Of a stretch of DNA of 64,000 nucleotides, positions 29,382-39,654 are shown piece after piece (the stretch's first letter is position 1; each line of letters starts with the position of its first letter). The notes under the pieces are model-generated. The model saw only the letters and a program-made list of their open reading frames with translations, made no database searches and was not told where the DNA came from. The position numbers were made by a program, and so were the translations under genes. Source of the stretch: Candidatus Aphodoplasma sp. (GTDB lineage: Bacteria; Bacillota; Clostridia; UBA1381; UMGS1253); NCBI GenBank assembly GCA_045541115.1, contig JAZQIM010000020.1:77203-141202 (forward strand), written 5' to 3'.

Positions 29382-30335
29382 ATGTTAGAGATTGAAAAAC
29401 CAAGAGTGGAATGTATAGAGATGCGCGAAGAGGACCACTATGGTAAATTTGTGGTAGAGCCCTTGGAGCGTGGTTATGGAACAACCCTCGGCAATTCTCT
29501 TAGAAGAATATTGTTATCTTCTCTTCCGGGCGCGGCAGTAAATTCAATCAAAATTGATGGCGTGCTCCATGAGTTTTCTGTAATCCCTGGAGTAAAAGAG
29601 GATGTTACAGAGCTCGTGCTTAACATAAAAGGTATCGCGGCAAAAATTCACAGCGACGAGATCAAGTCGGTTACAATCGACGCACAGGGTCCGTGTGTTG
29701 TTACAGCGGGCGACATAATAACAGATTCGGATGTTGAAATATTAAATCCGGACCTATATATCGCAACGCTTGGCGAAGATGCAAAGCTCTATATTGAACT
29801 TACAATGTCAAAGGGCAGAGGCTATGTTTCGGCAGAAAAGAACCGCGAAAACGCACAACATCAAATTATCGGTGTTATACCGGTGGATTCAATTTATACA
29901 CCTGTTAAGAAGGTTAACTATAAGGTTGAACCGGCACGTGTTGGTGCAGCATACGATTTTGATAAACTTGCAATAGAAGTGTGGACAAACGGTACACTTA
30001 AGCCAAACGAGGCAATAAGCCTTGCGGCAAAGATTATGAGCGAGCATTTGTCACTTTTCATTGATCTTTCGGATAATGCAAAGAATGTTGAAATCATGAT
30101 TGAGCCAAAAGAGAGCGAAAAAGGTAAAGTGCTTGAAATGACAATTGAAGAGCTTGATTTATCAGTTCGTTCATATAACTGCTTAAAGCGTGCAGGTATT
30201 AATACTGTTGAGGACCTTGCAAGCAAGACTGAAGAGGATATGATGAAAGTTCGTAACCTCGGTAAGAAGTCACTTGAAGAGGTAATCCAGAAGTTAGAGT
30301 CTTTGGATTTGGCACTTCGCAAAGAAGAGGACTGA
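29382..30335 (+). CDS. rpoA: DNA-directed RNA polymerase subunit alpha
   Basis: 317 aa with an N-terminal domain (...[20 protein letters not shown]...) and a C-terminal domain (...[22 protein letters not shown]...). Confidence 0.97.
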   Translation: MLEIEKPRVECIEMREEDHYGKFVVEPLERGYGTTLGNSLRRILLSSLPGAAVNSIKIDGVLHEFSVIPGVKEDVTELVLNIKGIAAKIHSDEIKSVTIDAQGPCVVTAGDIITDSDVEILNPDLYIATLGEDAKLYIELTMSKGRGYVSAEKNRENAQHQIIGVIPVDSIYTPVKKVNYKVEPARVGAAYDFDKLAIEVWTNGTLKPNEAISLAAKIMSEHLSLFIDLSDNAKNVEIMIEPKESEKGKVLEMTIEELDLSVRSYNCLKRAGINTVEDLASKTEEDMMKVRNLGKKSLEEVIQKLESLDLALRKEED

Positions 30336-30383
30336 TTAAATACGAGATAAATACGGTATCTTAAGTCAAAGGAGGTATTGGTT

Positions 30384-30725
30384 ATGCCGGGAACAAGAAA
30401 ATTAGGTCGTCCTACCGACCAGAGAATAGCAATGCTTCGTAACCTTGTTACAAGCTTCCTTGATAGCGGAAGAATTGAAACAACTGTTACACGCGCTAAA
30501 GAAACAAGAAGCATGGCAGAAAAGATGATTACACTTGCTAAGGAAAACACACTTCATTCAAGACGTCAGGCACTTGCTTACGTTACAAGAGAAGATGTTG
30601 TAGCAAAGCTCTTTAGTGAGATTGGACCGAAGTACGCTGACAGAAACGGCGGATATACAAGAATTACAAAAATAGGACCAAGACGCGGTGATGCTGCAGA
30701 AATGGCTGTTTTAGAGCTTGTATAA
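30384..30725 (+). CDS. rplQ: 50S ribosomal protein L17
   Basis: [21 protein letters not shown]... The ATG at 30384 follows GGAGGT. Confidence 0.96.
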   Translation: MPGTRKLGRPTDQRIAMLRNLVTSFLDSGRIETTVTRAKETRSMAEKMITLAKENTLHSRRQALAYVTREDVVAKLFSEIGPKYADRNGGYTRITKIGPRRGDAAEMAVLELV

Positions 30726-30744
30726 TTGGTAGATTATACTAAAA

Positions 30745-30786
30745 CAAAAAAAGCCGAAGCAATATTTATTTGCTTCGGCTTTTTAT
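30745..30786. terminator. Bidirectional terminator between rplQ and the PBP gene
   Basis: 11-bp stem AAGCCGAAGCA (30751-30761) / TGCTTCGGCTT (30771-30781), flanked by A- and T-runs. Confidence 0.8.
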
Positions 30787-30795
30787 TATTATTTT

Positions 30796-33009
30796 TTAAT
30801 CCAAAACTATGATATCATCATCTGGCTCTTGTGGTGGGATTGGATCGGAAGGCATCTGAGAATCATCAGGGGATGTGGCAGGATCCTGCGATTCATCAGC
30901 TGTGATATTTTCTCCGTCTTCACCTATGATTATCTCGCCCGTCTCCCCCTCAATTTCCGTAATTAGATCCGCATGTCCCGGACAATAGGATGTAGGCGTT
31001 CTTCCTGTTTTAAAGTATTCTGTAATCCTTGTACAGTCGCTTGCAGGAAGCTGTCCTGTGACAGAGCAGACATACGCACTTTGCACTGTCGATGGCTCAT
31101 CAAAGCCTTTGTACGGAAGATTTTGATGAATTTTATCCATTACCTTTTTCCATACGGGCATGCACGGATGATACGAAAGGAATTCAAGTGATTTTGGCTG
31201 GTCATAACCATACCATACAACGCTTGCATAATACGGTGTAAATCCTGCAAACCAACGGTCGTTCTGGTCATCGGTTGTACCGGTTTTGCCGCCTGCCGGA
31301 AGTGATGATGAAAGTCTTGCGGCAGTACCTGTACCGTTTGTTATAACGCTTTGAAGCATTGAGTTGGTCAAAAATGCCGTCGTTTCACTCATTGCGACTA
31401 TAGGCTCGGGCTTATTTTCGAGAATGATTTCGCCTTCACTGTTTACAACTTTAGTATAAAGATGAGGCGCGTTATAAATACCGTTGTTTGCAAATGCTGC
31501 ATATGCTGCTGCCATCTCAGTAGCATTCATACCGTCTGTAAGACCACCAAGAGCAAGCGAGCTTAGGTTTTTGTCTGTATATTTTTTGCCGTTACGCATC
31601 TCGCCGTCGACGAGAGATGTAAAGCCAAGTTTCTTTGTCAGGAAGTCATATGAATAATCAACACCAACGTCTTGAAGAACTCTTACAGCAGGTGTGTTCA
31701 TTGATTCCTTAAGCGCATTTCGCGCTGTGACTTTACCTTTATAGCCTGAGTAATAGTTACTTGGAGTCCAGCCGTTAATATCGATTGGTGCGTCTTCAAC
31801 GATGCTTGAAGGAACAAGTTTTCCTTGTTCAATTGCGGGAGCATATACTGCGAGCGGTTTTATGGTAGAGCCCGGCTGGCGATATGATTGCGATGCGCGG
31901 TTAAAAATTCGGTCGCCGCTTTTTTCGCCTATTCCGCCGACACTGCCTTTGACAGCACCGGTTTGCACATCGACAACAACCATGGCTGATTGAGGAGTTG
32001 TCTTTCCATATACGCTCGGGAAGTTGCTTTTGTTTTCATAAACTTCCTCCATAGCATCCTGTATAGCGGGGTCTATAGTAGCATAAATTTTAAGACCGCC
32101 GTTATAAATCATTTTTTCGGCAAAGTCTGCCGAATACCCTTTTTCTTTCTGTAAGTCAGCTATAACGTCATTTATAAGCTGGTCGATAAAGTAGGACTGA
32201 ATACTTGCATTTGCAGCAGCTGTATTATTTTTAAATTCAAGCTTTTCAGCGATTGCCGCGTCATATTCTTCCTGTGTGATTTTTTTAAGTTCAAGCATCT
32301 TTGCAAGTACGATGCGCTGTTTTTCGATGTTGTTTTCAGGGTTTGCGAGAGGGTCATATCTTGATGGGTACTGGGTAATACCTGCGATTGATGCACACTC
32401 GGCAAGCGAAAGCTCGCTCACATCTTTTTCAAAATATCTGTTTGCGGCGGACTGTACGCCGTTACAGTTATTTGCAAGAAATATTGTATTAAGATAAACT
32501 TCGAGAATTTGCTCTTTGGAATATTTTCTTTCAAGCGCCATTGCACGCCACATTTCGCGTATCTTACGAGTAGGACTTGTATCTCTGTCATCTGTTATAT
32601 TTTTTACGAGCTGCTGTGTGATTGTAGAGCCACCGAAGGAACTTGAGCCCTTAAAGATATATGTAGCGGTTGCTTTAAGCGTTCGAAGAAAATCGACGCC
32701 GTTATGCTTTTCGAAGCGTTCGTCCTCGATGGCAACAAAAGCGTCTTGCAGATACTTAGGTATCTCGCTTATATCTGCCCAAATACGATTTTGCGATTTA
32801 TACAGCCTTTCAAGCTCATGCGTATTTCCGGCATCATCTGTGTAATAGACAATCGATGTAAAGTTTAAATCGAGAGCATTTACGTCAAAATCCGAATTTG
32901 AACCGAATAAACCGAGGCAACCGCCCACAACGACAGCTGTAACGAGAAATACTCCTATTAAAAATGTCATTAGAAAAACTTTTAAAAATATTTTAACACC
33001 GCTACTCAT
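30796..33009 (-). CDS. PBP1A-family bifunctional penicillin-binding protein (glycosyltransferase/transpeptidase)
   Basis: 737 aa. N-terminal TM helix. GT51 motifs (...AIEDERF..., ...GGSTITQQLVKN...). Transpeptidase STIKP (SxxK) and KTGTT. Low-complexity acidic, Pro-rich tail. Confidence 0.93.
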   Translation of the reverse strand: MSSGVKIFLKVFLMTFLIGVFLVTAVVVGGCLGLFGSNSDFDVNALDLNFTSIVYYTDDAGNTHELERLYKSQNRIWADISEIPKYLQDAFVAIEDERFEKHNGVDFLRTLKATATYIFKGSSSFGGSTITQQLVKNITDDRDTSPTRKIREMWRAMALERKYSKEQILEVYLNTIFLANNCNGVQSAANRYFEKDVSELSLAECASIAGITQYPSRYDPLANPENNIEKQRIVLAKMLELKKITQEEYDAAIAEKLEFKNNTAAANASIQSYFIDQLINDVIADLQKEKGYSADFAEKMIYNGGLKIYATIDPAIQDAMEEVYENKSNFPSVYGKTTPQSAMVVVDVQTGAVKGSVGGIGEKSGDRIFNRASQSYRQPGSTIKPLAVYAPAIEQGKLVPSSIVEDAPIDINGWTPSNYYSGYKGKVTARNALKESMNTPAVRVLQDVGVDYSYDFLTKKLGFTSLVDGEMRNGKKYTDKNLSSLALGGLTDGMNATEMAAAYAAFANNGIYNAPHLYTKVVNSEGEIILENKPEPIVAMSETTAFLTNSMLQSVITNGTGTAARLSSSLPAGGKTGTTDDQNDRWFAGFTPYYASVVWYGYDQPKSLEFLSYHPCMPVWKKVMDKIHQNLPYKGFDEPSTVQSAYVCSVTGQLPASDCTRITEYFKTGRTPTSYCPGHADLITEIEGETGEIIIGEDGENITADESQDPATSPDDSQMPSDPIPPQEPDDDIIVLD

Positions 33010-33116
33010 AAAATGACCCCCTCTGTTGTTACGAAGTATGCCATAAAAGTTATATTATCACATACAACAGTATATCACAAACAAAGGAGGATTTCCATTA
33101 CGAATGCATTACAAGC

Positions 33117-34286
33117 TTATATCACCTTGATGCCATTTACCCATATGCTAAGTGGTTTTGCATAAAAGTCGATGGGCGATTTATCAAACATTACGATATC
33201 GGCATCCTTGCCTATAGCAAGCGAACCTACGCGCTCATCAATACGACAGTTTTTTGCCGCGTTAATCGTGATTGCGCGAAGAGCATCGTCTTCATCCATG
33301 CCGCTTTTTACTGCGAGAGCAGCACAAAGCGGAAGATATTCTATCGGCACAACGGGGTGGTCTGTAATGATTGCTACCGAAAGACCCGCGTCACTTAAAA
33401 TTTTGTAATTATCGAAGCTTGAATTTTTAAGTTCTATTTTTGAACGCTCGCAAAGAGCAGGGCCAACCATAAGCGGTAGGTTTTCTTCTTTTAATATATC
33501 GCATATGAGATTGCCCTCGGTTGCGTGCTCAATAGTGATGTCTATGTCAAATTCTTTTGCAATTCTGATTGCACTCATTATATCGTCAGCTCTGTGAGCG
33601 TGCACCTTTGCTGCGATTTCACGGTCTAAAAGCGGAAGGAGCGCTTCAAGCTTAATGTCGTAGTCCGGTTTGTCGCAATCATCGGGCGAAAGCTCATACT
33701 CCTTTAAAGCACGTTTATATTCAGCTGCTTTGTAAAGAGCTTCGCGAAGAAGTGCCGCCGTGCCCATGCGTGTTGAAGGAGCCTGATTTTTTGAGTGATA
33801 TGTATTTTTCGGATTTTCGCCGAATGCCATTTTAATTGCGACGGGCGCTTTGATAAGCATTTTGTCGACTGAATTTCCGTATGTTTTTAGCGCAGCAAAC
33901 TGACCGCCGATTACGTTTGCACTGCCCGGGCCTGTTACGACGCTCGTGATTCCTGCGCGAAGAGCATCGTCGAAGCAGCGGTCAAAAGGATTGATCGCAT
34001 CGATTGCACGAAGTTGTGGCGTAATCGGGTCGGTATCTTCGTTTCCGTCTGCACCTTCAAAGTCCATAGAGTCTTCCCACATACCAATATGACAATGCGC
34101 ATCGATAAAACCGGGGCAAATGTGTGCGCCGGCCGCATCAATTATGTCGCTTCCTTCAAAATCAGCTAAATTAAAATCGCACATATTACCGATATTTGTT
34201 ATCTTGCCGTTATCAAAGCAAATATATCCGCACTCATAATCTTTGTCTTCGCATGTGTGAATATAGCCGTTTGTAATTATCTGCAT
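33117..34286 (-). CDS. Amidohydrolase family protein
   Basis: 389 aa. Metal-binding GFIDAHCH near the N-terminus and a C-terminal ...GKDADIV... pattern. Confidence 0.8.
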   Translation of the reverse strand: MQIITNGYIHTCEDKDYECGYICFDNGKITNIGNMCDFNLADFEGSDIIDAAGAHICPGFIDAHCHIGMWEDSMDFEGADGNEDTDPITPQLRAIDAINPFDRCFDDALRAGITSVVTGPGSANVIGGQFAALKTYGNSVDKMLIKAPVAIKMAFGENPKNTYHSKNQAPSTRMGTAALLREALYKAAEYKRALKEYELSPDDCDKPDYDIKLEALLPLLDREIAAKVHAHRADDIMSAIRIAKEFDIDITIEHATEGNLICDILKEENLPLMVGPALCERSKIELKNSSFDNYKILSDAGLSVAIITDHPVVPIEYLPLCAALAVKSGMDEDDALRAITINAAKNCRIDERVGSLAIGKDADIVMFDKSPIDFYAKPLSIWVNGIKVI

Positions 34287-34306
34287 CTTTGTTACTCCTC
34301 TTTAGC

Positions 34307-35224
34307 TTAATGCTTTAAAATATACTCAATAGCCGAATTTGCCGCAACAGCACCGTCGGCTGCTGCCGTTATGATTTGGCGAAGAGGTTTTTTTCGGATA
34401 TCGCCTGCGGCAAAAACGCCGTTAATATTTGTTTTCATTGTATCATCGGTTACTATGTAACCGGCATCATCACAATCTATCATATCTATAAATAAGGAGT
34501 TTGATGCAACAGTACCTACAGCGACGAACATACCGTTTACTTCGATATTAGTTTTAGCATTTGTTTTAACGTTTGAAAGGTTAAGAGAGCTTACTATGCC
34601 GTCATCATCGGTATTTATGCTCTCTACGACGCTATCGTAGATTGGGGTGATTTTTTCGTTTGCAAAAACCTTTTCAGCAAGGATTTTTGCGCCGCGGAAA
34701 GTGTCGCGTCTGTGTATGAGATATACGTTTTTACAGAAGTTTGCAAGAAAGAGCGCGTCCTCAAGCGCCGTGTCGCCGCCGCCTACAACGGCAACTGTTT
34801 TCTGGCGATAAAAAGCACCATCGCATGTAGCACAATACGAAACGCCGCAGCCACGAAGAGCGTCTTCGTTTGGAAGGCCGAGCGTGCGTGGGCTTGCGCC
34901 TGTGCATATAATAATTGTTTTTGCCAAAAATTCTTCTTTTGAGCAAACAACTTTTTTTACATCGCCATCAAGCTCAAGCTTTGTAACGGAGTCGTTTACG
35001 ATGTTTAAGCCGAAGCGTTTTGCGTGTTTTTCCATATTCATAACGAGTTCGGGGCCTGAAATTGGCTCCGGAAAACCGATATAATTTTCAACCTCATAAG
35101 TAGTAGCAGCCTGACCGCCGCAGAAGAGTTTTTCAATAAGAAGAGTTTTTAGTCCGCCGCGAAGAGCGTAGAGAGCAGCATTTAATCCTGCCGGACCACC
35201 GCCTATAATTATAGTATCGTACAT
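34307..35224 (-). CDS. trxB: Thioredoxin-disulfide reductase
   Basis: 305 aa. FAD motif GGGPAG, redox-active CATCDG, NADPH motif GGGDTA. Confidence 0.94.
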   Translation of the reverse strand: MYDTIIIGGGPAGLNAALYALRGGLKTLLIEKLFCGGQAATTYEVENYIGFPEPISGPELVMNMEKHAKRFGLNIVNDSVTKLELDGDVKKVVCSKEEFLAKTIIICTGASPRTLGLPNEDALRGCGVSYCATCDGAFYRQKTVAVVGGGDTALEDALFLANFCKNVYLIHRRDTFRGAKILAEKVFANEKITPIYDSVVESINTDDDGIVSSLNLSNVKTNAKTNIEVNGMFVAVGTVASNSLFIDMIDCDDAGYIVTDDTMKTNINGVFAAGDIRKKPLRQIITAAADGAVAANSAIEYILKH

Positions 35225-35362
35225 AATAAACTTCCTTTCATTTGTGTCTATATTGATATGATACCATAAAAAATTATAAAATTCTACTATGTAAATGAAA
35301 ATTTTATTTCCAAAGTATATTTATTATATGAGAAAAATTTTAAAAAGTATTCTTATACGAAA

Positions 35363-35391
35363 TTGACATCGCTTTTCTTTAGATGTATAAT
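35363..35391 (+). promoter_or_regulatory. Consensus sigma-A promoter upstream of metF
   Basis: TTGACA (35363-35368), a 17-nt spacer, TATAAT (35386-35391). Confidence 0.6.
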
Positions 35392-35453
35392 TATTATACA
35401 TCAATTAAAACAAAAAATATTTACATACAGAAAAGCAAAAAGGAGAAAAAACG

Positions 35454-36320
35454 ATGAAAATCAATACACTTTTCACATCATCTAAACCTGTGTTTTCGTT
35501 GGAAGTTTTTCCGCCTAAAAAAAGCAGTAATATTGATACAATATATGAGACTCTCGGCGAATTAAAAACAGTTGAGCCTGATTTTATAAGCGTTACATAT
35601 GGAGCGGGAGCAAGCGTCGCGGACACATCGACAATACAGATTGCAAAGCATATTAAATCTGAGCTTGATATAGAGCCGCTTGCACATTTGACATGTGTTG
35701 CATCTACGAAAGAACAGGTTAAAACGCGTGTAGAGCAGTTTAAAGAATTTGGCATTGAAAATGTACTTGCGCTTCGCGGCGACAAAAATCCCGAAATGCT
35801 TGAGGCAAAGGATTTTGCTCATGCAAGCGACTTGACAAGGGTAATAAAACAAAGTGGAGATTTTAATGTTGTCGGAGCGTGCTATCCTGAAGGGCATTAT
35901 GAAAACAAGACGCTTGAGATAGATATTGATAATCTAAAATATAAAATTGACGCTGGTGCGACACATCTTATAACGCAGCTGTTTTTTGATAACAATTCTT
36001 TTTATCATTTTCTCGATGTCGCAAGAGGACGCGGCGTAAATGTGCCTGTGCAGGCAGGTATTATGCCGATAGTAAAGGTGCAACAGATTGAAAGAACGGT
36101 TGCACTGAGCGGAGCGAGTCTGCCGATGAAATTTACAAAGATGATCAGCAAATATGATTCTGACAGCGAAGCACTATTTGATGCGGGAATCGAGTATGCG
36201 GTAGAGCAAATATGCGATTTGTTGTCAAACGGAGTCGACGGAATCCATTTATACACTATGAACAATGCGAAGGTTGCGAAAAGAGTCTATGAAGGTGTTC
36301 GCAGTGCGCTTAAAAGGTAG
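35454..36320 (+). CDS. metF: Methylenetetrahydrofolate reductase
   Basis: 288 aa: ...FSLEVFPPKK...ISVTYGAGAS...LALRGD... Confidence 0.92.
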   Translation: MKINTLFTSSKPVFSLEVFPPKKSSNIDTIYETLGELKTVEPDFISVTYGAGASVADTSTIQIAKHIKSELDIEPLAHLTCVASTKEQVKTRVEQFKEFGIENVLALRGDKNPEMLEAKDFAHASDLTRVIKQSGDFNVVGACYPEGHYENKTLEIDIDNLKYKIDAGATHLITQLFFDNNSFYHFLDVARGRGVNVPVQAGIMPIVKVQQIERTVALSGASLPMKFTKMISKYDSDSEALFDAGIEYAVEQICDLLSNGVDGIHLYTMNNAKVAKRVYEGVRSALKR

Positions 36321-36322
36321 AT

Positions 36323-36991
36323 ATGAAGAAAATTGAACTTGAAAAAATTGATAGAAGAGAGCTTTTGCGCTATTTGGGTTATAATGGCGTGGAGAAAGTG
36401 GACGAAAACATTGAGCGTGAAATAGAGTATTCGTCAGAAGCGCTGCTTGACGCGTTAAATGTGCGATACATATACGTCTGCCGAACAATTAGCGAGATAG
36501 AAAAAGCGGGCCTTCTTGAAGGAGAAGATATAAAAAAACATCTTCTTGGCTGCGATAATGTGATTATTCTTGCGCTCACAATCGGCGGCGAAGTCGAAAA
36601 CATCATCCGCTCATCGTCTGCCGTCGATGCATTAAGGCCCGTAGTATTAGATGCATGCGCATCTGTTGCGGTAGAGATGGCAGCAGATAAATGCGCAGAT
36701 GAGCTAAAAAAGGAATACGAAAAACAATCTCTTTATCTTACGGACCGATTCAGTCCCGGATATGGAGATTTTCCGATAGAAAAACAGCATATCCTTTTAA
36801 AAATAGTTGATGCATCGCGTAAAATAGGCTTGTGTGCTACAAAAAGCAGTATTCTTACTCCGCGAAAATCGATAACGGCGCTAATAGGCGTTTCACAATC
36901 GGAAACTAAAGGAAAGAAAGCCGGCTGTGAAAACTGCGCGCTAAAGGATAAGTGCGAATACAGAAGGAAAGGAAAAGCGTGTAATGTTTAA
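36323..36991 (+). CDS. Stand-alone methionine synthase activation (AdoMet-binding) domain protein
   Basis: 222 aa with the family-typical ...FSPGYGDFP...Q... pattern. Lies between metF and a MetH that lacks this domain. C-terminal Cys cluster CENCALKDKCEYRRKGKAC. Confidence 0.7.
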   Translation: MKKIELEKIDRRELLRYLGYNGVEKVDENIEREIEYSSEALLDALNVRYIYVCRTISEIEKAGLLEGEDIKKHLLGCDNVIILALTIGGEVENIIRSSSAVDALRPVVLDACASVAVEMAADKCADELKKEYEKQSLYLTDRFSPGYGDFPIEKQHILLKIVDASRKIGLCATKSSILTPRKSITALIGVSQSETKGKKAGCENCALKDKCEYRRKGKACNV

Positions 36992-39347
36992 GCTTAATAC
37001 AAACAAATATACAATACTTGATGGTGCGATGGGCACAATGCTTCAGAAAAATGGCCTTGAGGTAGGTCAGGTGCCTGAATTTTTGTCAATTACACACCCC
37101 GAGCTTATAGAAAATATTCATCGCGCGTATATACAAAGCGGTGCCGATATAGTATATGCAAACACATTTGGTGCAAACGAGCTAAAGCTTGAAGGTAGCG
37201 GATATAGCGTAGATGAGGTTGTGGGAGCATCTATTCGCGCAGCAAAAAATGCGACGAAAGGCTCTGATGCTGCCGTTGCACTTGATATAGGTCCTTTAGG
37301 TGAGCTTTTAGAGCCATCGGGCACACTCAGTTTTGAGGAGGCATATAAGCTTTTTTCGTCTGTTGTATGCGCAGGCAAAAATGCAGGCGCAGATATAGCA
37401 GTAGTTGAAACGATGACTGATTTATACGAAGTCAAGGCGGCTGTGCTTGCAGTGCGGGAAAATAGCGATTTGCCCGTTTTTGTATCGATGAGCTTTGAAG
37501 AAAACGGCAGAACCTTTACGGGCTGCTCAATAGAGGCTATGGCATCGACGCTCGAAGGTTTGGGAGTTGATGCGATAGGAATAAACTGCTCGCTAGGTCC
37601 GCGCGAGATATATCCGCTTGCAAAAAGACTTTGCGAGTGTACGCGTCTGCCTGTATTTGTAAAGCCGAATGCGGGTTTGCCTGATCCTACGGATGGCAGC
37701 TACGATATTGACAAAGACGAGTTTTGCGAGGTAATTGAAAGTTATCATGAGCTTGGTATATGCATGGTTGGCGGCTGCTGTGGCACGACGCCCGATTATA
37801 TAAATAAGGTAAGCAAGTTATTTAAAAATAAAAAGCCTGTAAAAAGAAACGTGACGCCGAAAAGCATAGTATGCACGCCGACAAAGGCTCTAATATGCGA
37901 AGGCGTCTCGGTAATAGGTGAAAGAATTAACCCGACAGGCAAAAAACGCTTTAAGCAGGCACTGCTTGATAATAATATAGACTACATATTGTCGCAGGTA
38001 GTCGAGCAAGAGGCGGCTGGGGCAGATATCCTTGATGTAAATGTCGGCATGCCGGGAATTGATGAAGTCCAGATGCTTTGCCGTGTTGTAAAAAAGATTC
38101 AGAGCATTACGAGTCTGCCGCTGCAGATTGATTCGTCAAATCCACAGGCTGTTGAAGCGGCGCTTCGTATATATAACGGTAAGGCGATTGTAAATTCTGT
38201 AAACGGCGAGAAGAAGGTTTTAGAGCAATTATTGCCGATAGTAAAAAAATACGGTGCAGCCGTAGTTGCGCTCACGCTTGATGAAAACGGCATACCAAAT
38301 ACTGCCGAGGAGCGAGTAGAAATTGCGCGCAGGATACTTAAAGAGGCACTTTCGTACGGTATACCAAAGGAAGATGTATACGTTGACTGTCTCACGCTTA
38401 CGGCATCTGCGCAGCAAGCAGAGGTTAAAGAAACACTAAAAGCACTTTCCATAGTGAAAAACGAGCTTGGCTTAAAAACGGTGCTCGGCGTATCGAATAT
38501 ATCATTCGGCCTTCCGAATCGCGAATTATTAAACTCTTCGTTTCTTACACTTGCGCTCGGTGCAGGACTTGATTTTCCGATTATAAATCCGAATGTTGCT
38601 GCGATGATGAATGCTGTTTTGTCATATCGCGTGCTTGCAAACATTGATGTTGGCTCGGTAAAATACATAGAGCGTTTTTCGGAAGATGAAGGCGCAAAAG
38701 AGTCTGTTAGCACATCGCGCACATCACACACACTTATAGATGCAGTAAAAAAAGGTCTTATCGATGAGGCGCGCGCGTTATGCTGCGAAGCTCTCTTGAC
38801 GAAGGAGCCTTTGGAAGTTGTAAATGAATATCTTATCCCGGCGCTTGATGCTGTTGGAGAAGAGTTTGAAAAAGGAAAACTGTTTTTGCCGCAGCTTTTA
38901 AGTGCGGCGAATGCGGCGCAGGGGGCTTTTGATGCAGTAAAAGATAAGATTGCAAAAAGCGGCACAAAAAGCGTTTCAAAAGGCAAGATTGTACTTGCAA
39001 CGGTAAAGGGCGACATACACGATATAGGAAAAAATATTGTGAAGGTAATACTTGAAAATTACGGATATAGCGTAATTGACCTTGGCCGCGATGTCGCAAT
39101 TGAAACAGTAGTTGAAACGGCGCGTAAAGAGAATGCGCAGCTTGTCGGTTTAAGCGCACTTATGACGACGACGCTTCCTTCAATGGAACAGACTATAAGA
39201 GCAATAGGAAATGAAAAATTAGACTGTAAAATCATGGTTGGCGGTGCTGTTCTTACGGAAGACTATGCAAAGAAAATCGGCGCAGATTATTATGCAAAGG
39301 ATGCAAAAAAAGCAGCTGATATTGCAAAAGAAGTTTTTGGAAAGTAA
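36984..39347 (+). CDS. metH: Methionine synthase MetH core (Hcy S-methyltransferase, pterin-binding and B12-binding domains; no activation domain)
   Basis: 787 aa. Hcy domain (...GGCCGTTP...), pterin-binding region, and B12-binding DIHDIGKNIV (DxHxxG). Confidence 0.93.
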   Translation: MFKLNTNKYTILDGAMGTMLQKNGLEVGQVPEFLSITHPELIENIHRAYIQSGADIVYANTFGANELKLEGSGYSVDEVVGASIRAAKNATKGSDAAVALDIGPLGELLEPSGTLSFEEAYKLFSSVVCAGKNAGADIAVVETMTDLYEVKAAVLAVRENSDLPVFVSMSFEENGRTFTGCSIEAMASTLEGLGVDAIGINCSLGPREIYPLAKRLCECTRLPVFVKPNAGLPDPTDGSYDIDKDEFCEVIESYHELGICMVGGCCGTTPDYINKVSKLFKNKKPVKRNVTPKSIVCTPTKALICEGVSVIGERINPTGKKRFKQALLDNNIDYILSQVVEQEAAGADILDVNVGMPGIDEVQMLCRVVKKIQSITSLPLQIDSSNPQAVEAALRIYNGKAIVNSVNGEKKVLEQLLPIVKKYGAAVVALTLDENGIPNTAEERVEIARRILKEALSYGIPKEDVYVDCLTLTASAQQAEVKETLKALSIVKNELGLKTVLGVSNISFGLPNRELLNSSFLTLALGAGLDFPIINPNVAAMMNAVLSYRVLANIDVGSVKYIERFSEDEGAKESVSTSRTSHTLIDAVKKGLIDEARALCCEALLTKEPLEVVNEYLIPALDAVGEEFEKGKLFLPQLLSAANAAQGAFDAVKDKIAKSGTKSVSKGKIVLATVKGDIHDIGKNIVKVILENYGYSVIDLGRDVAIETVVETARKENAQLVGLSALMTTTLPSMEQTIRAIGNEKLDCKIMVGGAVLTEDYAKKIGADYYAKDAKKAADIAKEVFGK

Positions 39348-39425
39348 AAATTTGATATAAAGGGCGAAAAAGAAGGAATCTATGAGTTTTTAGCATAGAT
39401 TCTTTTCTGCCTAAAAAGCACTATT

Positions 39426-39441
39426 ACACAATATATTGTGT
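39426..39441. promoter_or_regulatory. NrdR box (perfect 16-bp palindrome)
   Basis: ACACAATATATTGTGT matches the NrdR operator consensus (acaCwAtATaTwGtgt). Partial copies are at 39510-39518 (ATATTGTGT) and 39625-39640 (ACACAATATCAAGAAA), upstream of nrdD. Confidence 0.7.
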
Positions 39442-39654
39442 TTGTAATCAAATTTTAACATAAAAATATACGATATATGATTTTCAAAGAAAATAGAAGA
39501 AAACAGGAGATATTGTGTAGATATATCCAGAAATTGACCGAATTTGGCGCTTGATTAGATTTTTTAGTATGGTACAATGGATTTACTAAATGTTGTGGTA
39601 CACGATTAAATTTTAGTAAAAATTACACAATATCAAGAAAGTAGGGGATATAAA

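Noticed and set aside
35225-35453. Looked for a SAM or cobalamin riboswitch upstream of metF/metH, a T-box upstream of lysS (4465-4664), and a lysine riboswitch upstream of the aspartate kinase.
   Set aside because: These regions are short or very A+T-rich, with only promoter-like elements. No conserved riboswitch or T-box core sequences are visible.
38099-39016. 305-aa ORF antisense to metH. Similar long antisense ORFs occur at 12653-13378, 23771-24400, 29918-30550, 19877-20248, 49814-50308 and 60656-61207.
   Set aside because: Each lies entirely inside a confidently identified gene on the opposite strand. They have low-complexity Ser/Ala/Phe-rich translations, no SD and no recognisable motifs. 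This is a typical frame artefact of codon-biased genes.
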